Source: Rhizophagus irregularis
Lineage: Eukaryota
Assembly (NCBI RefSeq): GCF_026210795.1
Contig: NC_089431.1
Coordinates: forward strand, 1,054,001-1,118,000
Reading direction: 5' to 3'
Length of the DNA: 64,000 nt
The translations under genes were made by a program, and so were the position numbers. The notes under the pieces were generated by a model. It had not been told where the DNA came from, made no database searches, and saw nothing but the letters and a program-made list of their open reading frames with translations. How positions within the stretch are numbered: position 1 is the stretch's first letter; every line of letters begins with the position of its first letter. Positions 12,594-25,280 of this stretch are shown in pieces.

Positions 12594-13906
12594 TGCATAT
12601 TAAGGAAATCATCACCTGATTTAACCGGTTCATATAAAAATAGTATTGACATCAAAAATATATGGTAAATGTAATATCAGGAGTCTGTTTGAAAGCTCAT
12701 CGGCAGTTAGACTCTTTGAGTTCTCAGTATCAGAACTCTCTTCCTTCTCTCGCCAAAAAAATGCAGCCACAGCAAGGCAATAAAGGAAAATCGGGCTTGC
12801 ACGTGATCATGTGACGCTAAATGACGCTAAACATCACTCCTTACTCTAGAGCTATATATTCGGCGTAACCTGGCAAAGATTTCAGACCAGACCCTGCAGC
12901 ATCAATCTGATCACCCGACCCTGATCCGAACCTAAGAGACGAAGGAACGAAAAAAATTATTAGTGAAAAAAATTAATAAAAAAAAAATAAAGAAACGAAA
13001 CAAAAGGTACTTTTACCTGTAGCCTATCACCGAACCAAACCTAAATGGTGATAGAATGAAAAAACGCTTTTTCTCAATTTTGAGAAAAAATTTCTGATTG
13101 AACAAAAACAAAAAAAATCAGTACGAAAAAAAAAATTGAAAAAGGAAAATTAAAATATTAAATATTAGAAAAAAAATTTTAAAAAGTGGAATCAAAATCT
13201 CATTAACCGGAATTGGATTAGCCCACCGAAATGTGCACATGCCACATTGCCACATGACCCCAACAGCCAAATCAGGTGCAGCATGTCACGGTATTTGTCA
13301 TATATTTATTAAATTTATAAAATTAGTTAGTATTTCAATTTTTAAATAAATGATATGTTTTTTTACAAAGCCATATACTAAGACTCCAAAGTAAATTGAT
13401 ATAACTTTTCAACATACAGTATTTTCTTTTACGTAACAGTTTTATAATCCCAGTAATTGATTTTGATTTTGATTTCTTTTATTCCTGTGAATAGTGATCT
13501 GCACCTGGTCACACCTTTTTGAAAAATTTTTAGGGCGGACTGTAACGTGTTTCTTTTCTTCATTACAAAATTAAGTATACTTTTGTTAAAGTTCTAGTAA
13601 AAAAGGTACTAGTTCAAATTCGATTAAGTTGCTTTTAATAATTGAGATATGGAGATATGGACATTGGTATTATCACTGTTCCTTTTTTTATGTGTCGGCA
13701 GAAATTTTATTCCTGAATTTTATAAGTATTTGTGAACGGACAATCACAAAGTTCATCAAAGTCGATCCCAAAATAAAGCTAGAACAGAATCGTTTGGTAA
13801 GACTCGTTCCATACCCACGGTTTACACTAAAATACTTATTTTCATTTGCCGCTCTTCTAGAAGCAGCATTTAATATTTCTTGCCGCGTATGTAACACCAT
13901 CAACCA

Positions 13907-14156
13907 TGTCTGTTTGTGATAGTGGAGCAGCAACCCATCCGAGCTTGAGGTTTTGAGACAGCACAACACTGAACTTGAGGCCAAGGTTGCCGAGCTTGAG
14001 GTATTTAGACAGCGCAACACTGAGCTTGAGGTCGAGAAAGCCAAGCTTGAAGAAGTATGGAGGAGTCGCGTTACTCTGCAAGAGAAAAAATTGCCGAGCT
14101 TAAAAACGAGAATGCGAGGCTCAGGCAGAAACTAGAGAGTAGAAATACAAGCTAAT
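13907..14156 (+). pseudogene. Degenerate coiled-coil fragment (ELEVxRQxNTELE repeats)
   Basis: Two 63-bp repeats; in-frame stop just after the ATG and a frameshift downstream. Confidence 0.4.
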
Positions 14157-14440
14157 TATTTTGTTTTTTGTCCAAAATTTTGTGGTCGTTATCATTCTAA
14201 ATCTACAAAAAAGTACGTGAAGCTAGAAAGAAAGAAATAAAGAAAAAATCAACTCATTTAAAGAATGTTTGAAATGTATGATACAGAGTTTAATAATAGA
14301 GTAATGGTCCAAAAGAATATTGGTTCTGTTTATAATTGAAAGGAAAAACAAATCATAATCGGTTAAAACAAAGAAAATTGAAATAACTTAATATACGAAT
14401 ATATCATGAATTTCTTCTCTCACTTTACGTTTAACCTATG

Positions 14441-15116
14441 CCCTATAAAAAATAAGTGTCTGGAAATTGTCCAGAATTTGTCTGGAAAATTTGTCTAAAT
14501 AATTGTCCAGAAAATGTCCAGAAAATGCCAGGTACCATGTCCGGAAATTGTTCCGAAAACACACTCATTTCCGGACACTCATTTTGTCCAGAATTTGTTC
14601 GGAAATTGACCTGAAATATTTTTTCATAAAATTTGGCACAAAAGATGATCAACAGGTGACCATCATTATAATTGCTTTTAACCTAAAGTTTTTTATCATA
14701 GATATATAGTATTTTTGCCTGCTCAGCAAATTTAATTAGTATGACAAAGAAGGTTATGAATGTCAGTCTTGTGCTTTTTGCATTTTTTTACAAAATTAAT
14801 TTATCCTTTTTTGGAAGTAGCGTCCAGAATTTGTCCAGAATTTTTTCATGTCCGGAATTTGTCCAGTTCAAATTATCTGAATTTTTAATATGTCCAGAAT
14901 TTGTCCAGGTTTATCTGTCCGGAATTTGTCCAAAATTTTATACTGGACAAATTCTGGATATATTTTGGACAAAGTCCGGATATGTCAAAATTTTAGGTAT
15001 CAAATTTGTAGCAAAGAATAGACATTTTCCGGACAATTTCTGGACATGCCAGATTTATTCTGGACAATTTCCAGACATTTTCGTAGACATTTTCCGGACA
15101 TTTATTTTTTATAGGG
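14441..15116. mobile_element. CCCTATAAAAAA-ended TIR element, copy 2, 3-bp TSD ATG
   Basis: Same TIRs and body as 3374-4050; ATG directly flanks both ends. Confidence 0.9.
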
Positions 15117-17243
15117 ATGATTTTGTAATTTAAATCTTTATCTTCATAGTAATTTAAAGGATATGATTAATTCATCCTATTTCATGCCACTAAAGATAAT
15201 TTTTTTTTATTTTGATAATCAAATTTCCTGAATTATTTTGAACAGAAATGTGCCTTTAGATAATGGACATTCTTTATTCTGTGAAATATTTATGAAGAAA
15301 AAAAAAAATTTAAATCATGATTATTACTAACATTAATGAATAATACTTTGTCAGAGAAAAAAGCAATAACAAGATATCTTTTCTAAATTTTAGCGGATGT
15401 GAAATGAGAGTTTATATTGCATAATATAGATTATAATGATAGAAAGAGGTTATTTAAGATTTTTTTTATTAAATTATACAATTTACTATATGGCAACTAG
15501 TATTACATTTTTAATTATATAAATTTTATTAGTAGATAATTCAATATTAAAAGTTCAGTGTGTACCAACCAATAAGGATTAAGGTGAATGCTGCTGTGAA
15601 TAATGTTATGTATATATTTTGAATTATTTTTTAGTTAAGGTCAAAATCACCAGACGGATGTCTATCTAATTCAACAATTGACTTATATAATTCGTTGAAT
15701 TTTCAATAATATTTGGAATTTTTTTGGTCGCAATGCGAAGAATGTTAGATGTCAAAATCCCTAAAGTACTTTCGCTTTACGTAACATCGTAAATTACCGT
15801 TCTCTTGTTCTTCATAACTAATCTGTAGTAATCCTGTTTGAAAAATGAAATTTTTAGCTTAATATGATGTAGGCATGTAGCAAAGGGAAATGATGTTCGT
15901 TCTATTATTTATTTATGTGCTGTAATTACATTTAATGTTGTCATAATTAAGTATTTATAATATTAGAAATTGATTACTTTTATATTTAAGTGAAGATACT
16001 AGTATTTTATACTGTAACGCCTATGCAACTGAATTCAATGTAAGAACGGGCGTAATCCTAATTCAATTTTAGATCCTTTAAAAGGTACTGTACGTTATCG
16101 TTAACGGTAAGTATGATAGAATGGTATGATAGTTGATTCATTTCTTTTAATATTAAAAATCCGAGGTTAAAATACTCTAATAAATAAACAATGTTATGGA
16201 AATAGGTCTTATCGTCATCTTGCCATGTTTCCATAGGTTGAATTTTAACAGTTTCTAGAAAATGATCTTTCAATGCCTAGAACCCTTGATATCATATAAA
16301 ATGACTAATACAATATTTCTAATTTATTAATATAAAAAGTATTTTTATTTTGTGAAAGTAACGTTCATTACATACCTATAATAGTTTTTTTTCATTTTGA
16401 TTAAAATAATTTTTCATCTATAAAATTAAATAATAACGCTTATATAAAAAATATACTAACAATCAATTTTGCTTGTAATTGGTTAATTTTGATCCTATAG
16501 TTTGTGAATAGTGTGATCTATAATTAATTCAATAAATAAATAATTTAGCGCCAGAGAATTTTGGAAGATAAAATTCTTTAAAATCCTTAACTGCACCAAA
16601 TTTTGATCAATTTATTATTTTTGTCCTTTAACATAATATATTCTACTAAACTGGAAAGGAATAAAAGAAAATTTTAAGATGATAAATGAACTAATATTTT
16701 TTTGGGTGATTACTGCGGATACAATTGCAGTTTTTGTTTTATGAAAGAAAATATACTTTTTTTCAACCCACCTCAAAAATAATTTTAGATGTGTCAATTG
16801 AAGTCTTAGTAGATAAAAGAAAAAAAAAATACTTTATTTTAAAATTTATTCAGATGAAAAACTAATTATAAATATATAAAAATGAATCGCTTTAAATATA
16901 AAGATGATAACGAATTTAAAATTATTTGACTAATTTTAAATTTTTCTTAATAATGCTTAATAGACCAGCTAATTCTTTTCATCATCATGTCAGAATACTA
17001 TTTGCTAAACATTTCGTTTTCTAACGTTTCTAACGGTTTGTAATCAAAGTTGAGCGCCTCTTTTTTAATACAAATCCCCAATAAATAATATATTTCTAAT
17101 ATATATATATATATTGCTTATTTGATCCTGCCATAAAAATTTCCACTAAGAAGTAATATAAATAAAAATACTATAAACTAAGTTAATAAACCATTTTAAA
17201 TACTATCTTTAGATTATCTATTCCCGATAAAACCTACTATAAT

Positions 17244-19133
17244 TTAAGATTCATCATTCAAATTATCTTGATTAATTTCGTTAAGATCTATTATTAAAAT
17301 AATTAAATTAGACGAGAAATTATTAATAAAATAATAAATTACTTCAAAAACTTATTTACCTAATTCACTAAATTGAACATCAAAGCATTCTGAAACTATA
17401 AATTAAACAATAACGTAATGTTAAAATAAAATATACGGTAAATTTATGATTACAAATTATTAATGATTATACTAACTTATATTTTCTGGTACTGATGGGG
17501 CATCATCTATATATTATTGAAAAAATTAATTATTGTTAAAACTTGAATAAGATCTTTTCATAATTAAAATTGAAGATTTACCTGAATTAACTTGAAATGA
17601 TGATAAATCTGATGAATTTACCGGTTCTGGAAGATTTTTAAAATTTAAAAGTCTACTTGTATAGATTGCTTGAGGATGAGTTTTAATACTTTCAGACTTA
17701 TTTTCATTTGATCTGTTTTTCAGTGATTTTTCACTAATTTCTCTATTATATTCCCTCATTTGAGAATGAATTTCATTATTATTGAATTTCATATATTCTT
17801 CATGCCATTTACTTAATATTTGATACAATTCTTTAGCAGATGGTCTATTTTCTGCTTTGGCATCCCAACATTTTATAATTAAATCTACAAGAAATTTTGG
17901 AATATCTTCAGAAATTTTTGGTCTAAGTCCTTTACATATTTTAATAGCTAAAATATGATCATGAGGAATATCATTAAAAGGAATTTCTTCAGAAAGGTAC
18001 TCATTCATAACTATTCCAAATGAATAAATATCAGCAGCTTTTGTATATTGATATCCACGTAAAATTTCTGGTGCCATATAAGGTAATACTCCATAAACTC
18101 CTTCTTTTTTATCTTTATTATTTGCTGGTTGACACATTCCTAAATCACTTATATGCATAATCCCACTATACAATATATTGCCTGAATGAAGGTCTTTATG
18201 GACTTTTTCAGCATTATGGACACTTAACAGTCCATCTGCAATATTTGACAATCTACGAAGTTTTATATTATCAAAGTTATTCAAATAAAAATTTCTTAAA
18301 TTTCCATCTTCACAATATTTTAAAACCATCATATAATCTTTGGTATTTGGATCTTGAGTTATTCCATAGCAGTTAAGAATAAAATGAACATAAATATGAA
18401 GATAAGATTTGACCTAATAATTAATATTTTAAAAAAACAATTTAGTAAGAATTACAAATATAATGCACAATAAATCAATTTTTTTTATTTAATTACCTCA
18501 TTTAAAAAATTTGTACCAATTTCAGAAGAATTATCCAGACATTTTAGCGCAATTTTACAATTTATTTCTCTTTTCCATTTTTGATTTTCAATATCCCAAT
18601 ATTGAATAGGTCCTTCAGGCCATTTAGCAGAATAAATTTTACCAAAGCCTCCTCTGGTAATATAAGTGACATTTTGTAATTTTTCAAAAGGTATCCATTC
18701 AAGACATTTTAAATAATATACAGCATTAAGTTGTGAATATTGTATTAATTCATCTATATCTTTATTTCCACTATTCCAATTTATAAAATTTTCTTCAAAT
18801 CTTTTTGCATTACAAGGTTGACACCATCTCCATCCTGTGCCAGGTTCATTACATTCTCCACATATTCCATATACTTCTTTTCTTTTTTCTATTTCGTCTA
18901 TATAGATTATTTTATCATCAATCTCTTCTGATTTGGAAGCCGAATCAATAGAAGAAACTGTAACATGAGTCTAAATGAATGGTTAAAATATATTGGTTAC
19001 TTATTTAAATCATATTATTTATAATAAACTATAAATTATAAAGTGAAATTGCACTTACATGATATATTCTCCAATCAGAGTTTTTCCATAAATTTTTTGG
19101 CTTTTCTTCGGATAGTTTATTCAAAATTTCCAT
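17244..19133 (-). CDS. Tyrosine-kinase-like (TKL) protein kinase with N-terminal CxxC...CxxC motif, ~6 exons
   Basis: Exons 19133-19059, 18970-18497, 18413-17582, 17506-17477, ~17395-17360 and a last exon to the stop at 17244. Motifs YGICGECNEPGTGWRWCQPC, GGFG, HKDLHSGN, SDLG, YMAPE, DIYSFG. Confidence 0.9.
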
Positions 19134-20376
19134 GCTGAATATCTTTTTTAACAATTCTATAACTGTCAATTACGAAATAAATATGTTAACTACAGTAATT
19201 TTAGTTGTACGGTATGTGTAATGTTAATTTTCTTTATACAAGATACGAAATTTAATAAACCAAGTTTAGTGAACGTAAAAGTTATTTAGTACGCAAAAAT
19301 ATGCATGTATCATGCACATCTGAGCTACAATCCATACCAATCAGAATCAACAATTTGTCAGCCACACATTTTTATCCTAATCGAATCATAGTGAAACTAT
19401 TTGGATCGTCAAAATATTATGAATGGCTAAATTTTCATTTTGATACGAGTGAGATTTTTTTTTATTAGATTATACATTTTACAAATTGTAGAATATGACA
19501 ATTGGTATCATATTTTTAATTTCATAAACTTTTATTAGTAGATAATAGTATGGTAGTATTCCATATTAAAAGTTTAATATGTACCAACCAGTATTTGTAA
19601 TCACAAAAGTAACTTTGTGCTATTGAAACATTTTCAGTTGTACATGTAATGGTTTTGTAATAAAAAATTTATTTAAACATTAATTTAGGGAAAAATATAA
19701 ATAGTTAATAATAAAATATGTATAAAGTTGTCCAAATTATTGTGGATACAATTTTTCAAGAAAAAAAGTCTGAAAATTTTGAAGTGCAATTTATTTAGAT
19801 GTTTTGTAAAAAAGTTTCTTCATTTAATACTTTAATTTAAGAAATAAAAAACATAAAAATAAATTGAGAAATAAATTAATTTTTGCATATTTTAACCGCA
19901 AAAAAATTTGAATGGAGAAAATCACATTATGTAAGCGTAAAAAAATAATGAAAATGGAAATAAGTTTCGTAATATGTAAGGCGCAACTAACTGATAATTT
20001 TTTAATTAATTTGATTTGTAATTCACGTAATTTATACAGTATAAATTACAGTATGTTATTTATCGCGTATCTTTCTATGATGAAAAAGTGAGTGAAATTA
20101 AAATTAATATCTTAAAACAAAAGTATTATTTAACTAATTAATTTTTTTTTGTTTTGTTTTTAATCCTCTCCTAATTTCTCCTCTCTTTTTTCATATCAAT
20201 TTATACAATTCAACAAATGAGTTATAAACTTACAAATAATAGTAGATTTAATAGGTTGATGTCAATAAATCACTTCCATTCGCATGAATGACAGGACGTT
20301 ATGCAGATATTAATGATTTAGATAAAGCGAATTCAATTTCGTAGGATTTTGAGTAAATATGGATGATGTATAGAAT

Positions 20377-20656
20377 GGTTATGTTTCGCCGAAGGGATAT
20401 TTCGTCAAATAGAAATTTCGATGAATAGACATTTATTCGAATCCTTTCTCCGAATTATCCATTTAACCGAAATCTATTTCACCGAATAGGACATTCTTCC
20501 GAAAATGTTAGCGATTGACATAACAATAATGTTTTTAGTAACAAAACTTTCGGTAATAACATTTAAAATTTTCGGCGAAACGGCTTCGGCAAAAAGTCCT
20601 TCAGCGAAATGTCCCTTCGTTCGGTAAAATACTTCGACAAAAGTCAGGATACCGTA
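20377..20656. mobile_element. MITE-like element with TTTCGCCGAA subrepeats in opposite orientations
   Basis: Multiple TTTC(G/A)CCGAA copies on the left, TTCGG(C/T) copies on the right; related to ~57360-57935. Confidence 0.55.
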
Positions 20657-21391
20657 ATATGGAATTATTTTATATGGATCATATTATGTGAAATCATATA
20701 AGAATTGTTAGTGTACTTCTGATATGAAATGGATAGTTTCCATTTTATGACGTGTTGAATCACTCAAAAAAAATTTTTTTTAACGAAAATTTTAAACTTT
20801 AATAGTTATGTTTGGCAATTTCTACATTAGTATAATTATGGTAGTATTAGTAATTTGTCATGCCGTTAAAATTAATTAACTCACTATCAATAATCATTAT
20901 TTTTTTTCAGAGCAATAGAACCGAAAACAAAACACTCAAACGCACCAATGACGAGTAGAATTACCTTAACGAATTCAACAATAAAAGATGGTAAATGAAA
21001 GATAATGAATCTTTAATAGGAGGAGGTGGTTAACAACTGCTTATATCCCATTAACTTCGCCATTTGTTACTTCAACTCCATTCAACTCCACCAGTAACAA
21101 GCACAAACACGACCACAGCCACAATAACATCAACAAATACCAATAATATTGATTATTTTGATCATTCTAATTCAAACGGATTGAATTTAGCTGCAATGAA
21201 TTCAATGAAAAATAATATATTATAAATAAGTCTAATATTTAAATAAATCATAATGAAATGATACGTATAAAAGGTTGAATCTTTATCAAGATCTAGCACA
21301 TAAATTTTAACATTCATTAATATTAGAGAAAATTTAAATCCTGAAGAAGGTAATTCAATATATCCAACCTTTTTAATGCCAAAAAATGAAT

Positions 21392-21586
21392 TTTTAGATT
21401 CTCGTGACATAAAATTTTAAAAATGACCCGGCCGGCCGGCATTTTTTTTTATATTTGTAAAATTTTTTTATATGTAAAATTTTTTTACGGCCAATAACTT
21501 AAATCATGTGATAAAAATTTTTTACTATAAAAAAAAAATTCCCATTTTTCGAAAAACTGACCCGGCCGGGTCACGAGAATCTAAAT
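21392..21586. mobile_element. Small foldback/MITE-like element
   Basis: TTTAGATTCTCGTGAC ... GTCACGAGAATCTAAA inverted repeat with GACCCGGCCGG motifs. Confidence 0.55.
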
Positions 21587-24022
21587 TTTTTTTTTACCCG
21601 GCCTAATAGAAGTTCTTTTAAAAGGTCTATATTCAAATGATGAAATAGCCGTACCGTTTTTAGTATATATTAGTATCACCATCAAGATAAATGTTATAAT
21701 AAGATGTATTTGTTATTTTAGAATAAATTTTAGTGGATTTGAAGAAGAAAATTTATTAAGAACATTAAGAACATTACATTGGATATTAATACAAATTGTA
21801 TAATAATTATGATGATATGTTTTTTATATTATAGAAATTGTATATTAAAACAATCCTTTTGGTTATCTTTAACAAGAGAAAGAGTTTATTTAAGACCTAT
21901 CTGATTTAAGAACTAACTATTCTACAATCGTAGTCCGATTTATGTAAGTGAAAAAAAAACCATTGGAAATTCGTGATTAATAAGGCGCAGTAACTATGTA
22001 TTGTAGTTCACGTGATTCATTTATTTTAGGTACTATGACAGAAAGCAATTCAATATTTTAAATAAAAATTTTGTTCGTTCGATTTAATAATATTGTGAAA
22101 AATCCAGATGCTTTGTATTTTTGCTACTTACTATTTTTTAAATTAACCCAAAACAAATAAGAAAATTTACCTTTGAATTTTTAAGCGCTTTATATTAATT
22201 TGTTTATTCTTTAATACGTATATTATAAAGATTATACGAAATAACTTTAGATTTATGAATAAATCTTCCTAATCCACTTATATAAGTTGCATGTACTGTA
22301 TATTGTTCGCATAATCATTAAAAATACAACTTGCACATTGTATCCCGATCAGTTTATCGATTTTGATTTCGTAAAAAATAAACAAGTATTTTTATGAAAA
22401 ATGAGATTCAAAACCGAACGTTTAAATAATAATCAAAAAATGTATTTAAAAAATAATATAATATGATTTTATAATTTATATTCGTAATAACATAATAATT
22501 TAATTTATTATTCGTAATCAAGTTTTTTCTCATGTACCTGAAAGTTTTCAAATATATTTAATTACTAACCTTCATAATATTAAAGGATATTTTTTCGCAA
22601 AGTTTATTATTTTATTAATGTTCAATTTTTTCTTTTCTTTTTCTTTTTTTTTAATATTAAATAATAATTTATTTTTCAAGCGCAACAACATTGTCCCAAA
22701 GGATACGTTTTTAAAAATAACATTTGTAGTAAAAAAAAAAACAAGTATTTGGGTAATTGAATAAAAAAATATCAGTAATTTTATTGTTAAGCACTATCTT
22801 TTTAATTATTTCCTTTTTAATTATTTTTCATTTTACAAATATAAATTTCATATTTTTTAACAGGAGAAATTTTTTAAAACCAGCAAAGACAAAGGCAACA
22901 AAGACCATAAAGGCCACTGACTTTGAATCACGAAATTATTATTAATTTAATAAAAAAATTATTTTTTTTTTTTGGTATTTTATTGTTAACGAAAGTTGAA
23001 ATGGAAATTTGGAGTTTCTTAAAATTCTAGATTCATATTCTCCGTTTCAGTGGTTTTAAGTAAATTATCCAATTATAATAAGAGCTTCTGTCTAAAATTC
23101 TATTTCTAGAAATTTCCAAATCTTTTACAACATGGAATACAAGCATGGTCAACAAAAAGTTATCCAAATAGTCGTTGTTTAAATTTAGTATAATGAATAA
23201 AAAGTTATCAACATACAATAAAATTTCCATTAATTGTCATTATTGTTAAAGGAACGTTTCTTATTCTATGTTATTTATTCTCAAATGTAGAATTATGTTA
23301 TAATTATTAACATTTTTAATTTTAGAATAGTCGTACGTTTATTTTAAAAGAACAAAAAATCTTCTAGTGAATTCTAATACTCTTTTATAAAATTTTCTTT
23401 GGTATATTTTATATGCGGTGATAAATTTAATAAGATGAACTGATGAAGTATAAAATCACAAAGTTAATTATTGCGTCACGTCTCAGAATTTTAATTATGT
23501 TTTAAGGATCAAATCTTAATTGAATAACAAATCGAATTTAAATAAATTTGGCGAGAAATTTAGATTTTTAATTATGCTGAATTATTTATTTCTTAGCGTT
23601 CATGTTATTATTATTAGTAACTTCTTATAATATTTTGTTTATACAGTAGTGGAAACTCCCAACTCCCACTAAGATATGTAAAAACTATGGTATAGATAAA
23701 TACATAAATAAAGTTAAAAACTTATATATAAAATATAGTACAAATGGACGTAATTTTCCATTAATATATGAAATATAAACAATCATATTAAATGTTTCGT
23801 TATGTTTTATAAAACAGTTAACGATTTAATGACTATTCTTTATATAAATATTTATTTACCTTAAATAATCATATTTCTAAATTAAATATTAATACAAAAA
23901 TAAATTCAATCAAGAGTTAAAAAGTATAATTTACACCAATAATAAATTAATTTCACAATAATTACAAAAGATTCGTGACTAACGAATGATCGTGTGGTAA
24001 TTAATAGGATTTTTTACCATGA

Positions 24023-25280
24023 TTATTCCGATAATTGTTTTTGAGCCCAAAATCTAACATGAACACACTCAGCTCTAGTTTGTTTAAATTCTTCAGTTAA
24101 ATTTTTCACCATATTATTGAATTCTTCTTCAGAAATTCCCAATTCTTTACTTATAACTTGAATTGCCAATTTTGATTTAAAATAAGCAATAGACATATCT
24201 TGCCAAACTAAACCAATTTTACCTCCATTTGGTCCCGTAATAAAATCTTTTTCAATTCGATGAACTTTTCCTATATTTGGTTGTAATTCAAATTTTGAAT
24301 CTAGATTATACATCAATTTAACATCAATACCTTGTTTTGAATACATTAACCAAACTATAATCAATTATATTTTAAATTAATAACTTATAATACATATAAT
24401 ACATTAAAATAAGATTAAAAGCAATGAATATAATTACTTGCATCCGTTAATTTACGAAAAATTGGACCTTCGCCAACATAACCATTACGTCTACCAGCTA
24501 CTTCAATATATCCACCTGGTTTCGTTACTCTAAAAAAAGATATACAGATCAGTATACTTAATTTTACAAAGTAAAACACGTCTCATGTATTGTGAATAAT
24601 ATTTTTTTTTTAAAAAAAAGTAAAAGAAATACCTAATTAACTCAGAAAGAACGAAATCCCATTGGTTTGATGTAAAAACAAAGCTCATAAATTCTACATG
24701 TGTAAAATCAAATTCGTCATCATTAAATGATAATCGATCTGTTACATCGGCTTTGATGAATTCAAGATTATATGGTTTTATCTATCAAATTTTATAGAAA
24801 AAAAAGGATTAAAATTTCGAGTTTTCTTCATATAAAATAAAATAAAAATTTATAAATCTTATTACCTCTTGTGGATATATTGGTTTAATATCAACTCCAT
24901 AAAAATAAGAATTTTTATATTTGGTTGATAATTCTAATAACCACGTAGCAGCCCCACACCTTAAAAAAATATATATATTGTCATTCAAATAAATATATGT
25001 ATCATGAAAATGACACTTGAAAGGTTATCACTTACCCAATATCTAAAACCTTACACCCTTGAATTAATTTATCCTCAACTGGGGAAGAAAAACTACTTTG
25101 AAATATACATGCTCTAAGAAAATGATATATATGTGATCTATCAATAGCGTCGATGCTAGTCGATAAATAAAAATCCATTAACTTTTCATTTCTTTCTTGG
25201 TCTGATTCTATTTGGTCAAATTCTGGTATTTTTTTTATTGATGGCTGTTTATATTTTATATGTGATTTGATATTACCCAT
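24023..25280 (-). CDS. Class I SAM-dependent methyltransferase, 5 exons (paralog 1)
   Basis: Spliced motif I VLDIG|CGAATW, GVDIKPIYP, FNDDEFDFTH, RVTKPGGYIEV; canonical GT-AG introns; N-terminus MGNIKS. Confidence 0.9.
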
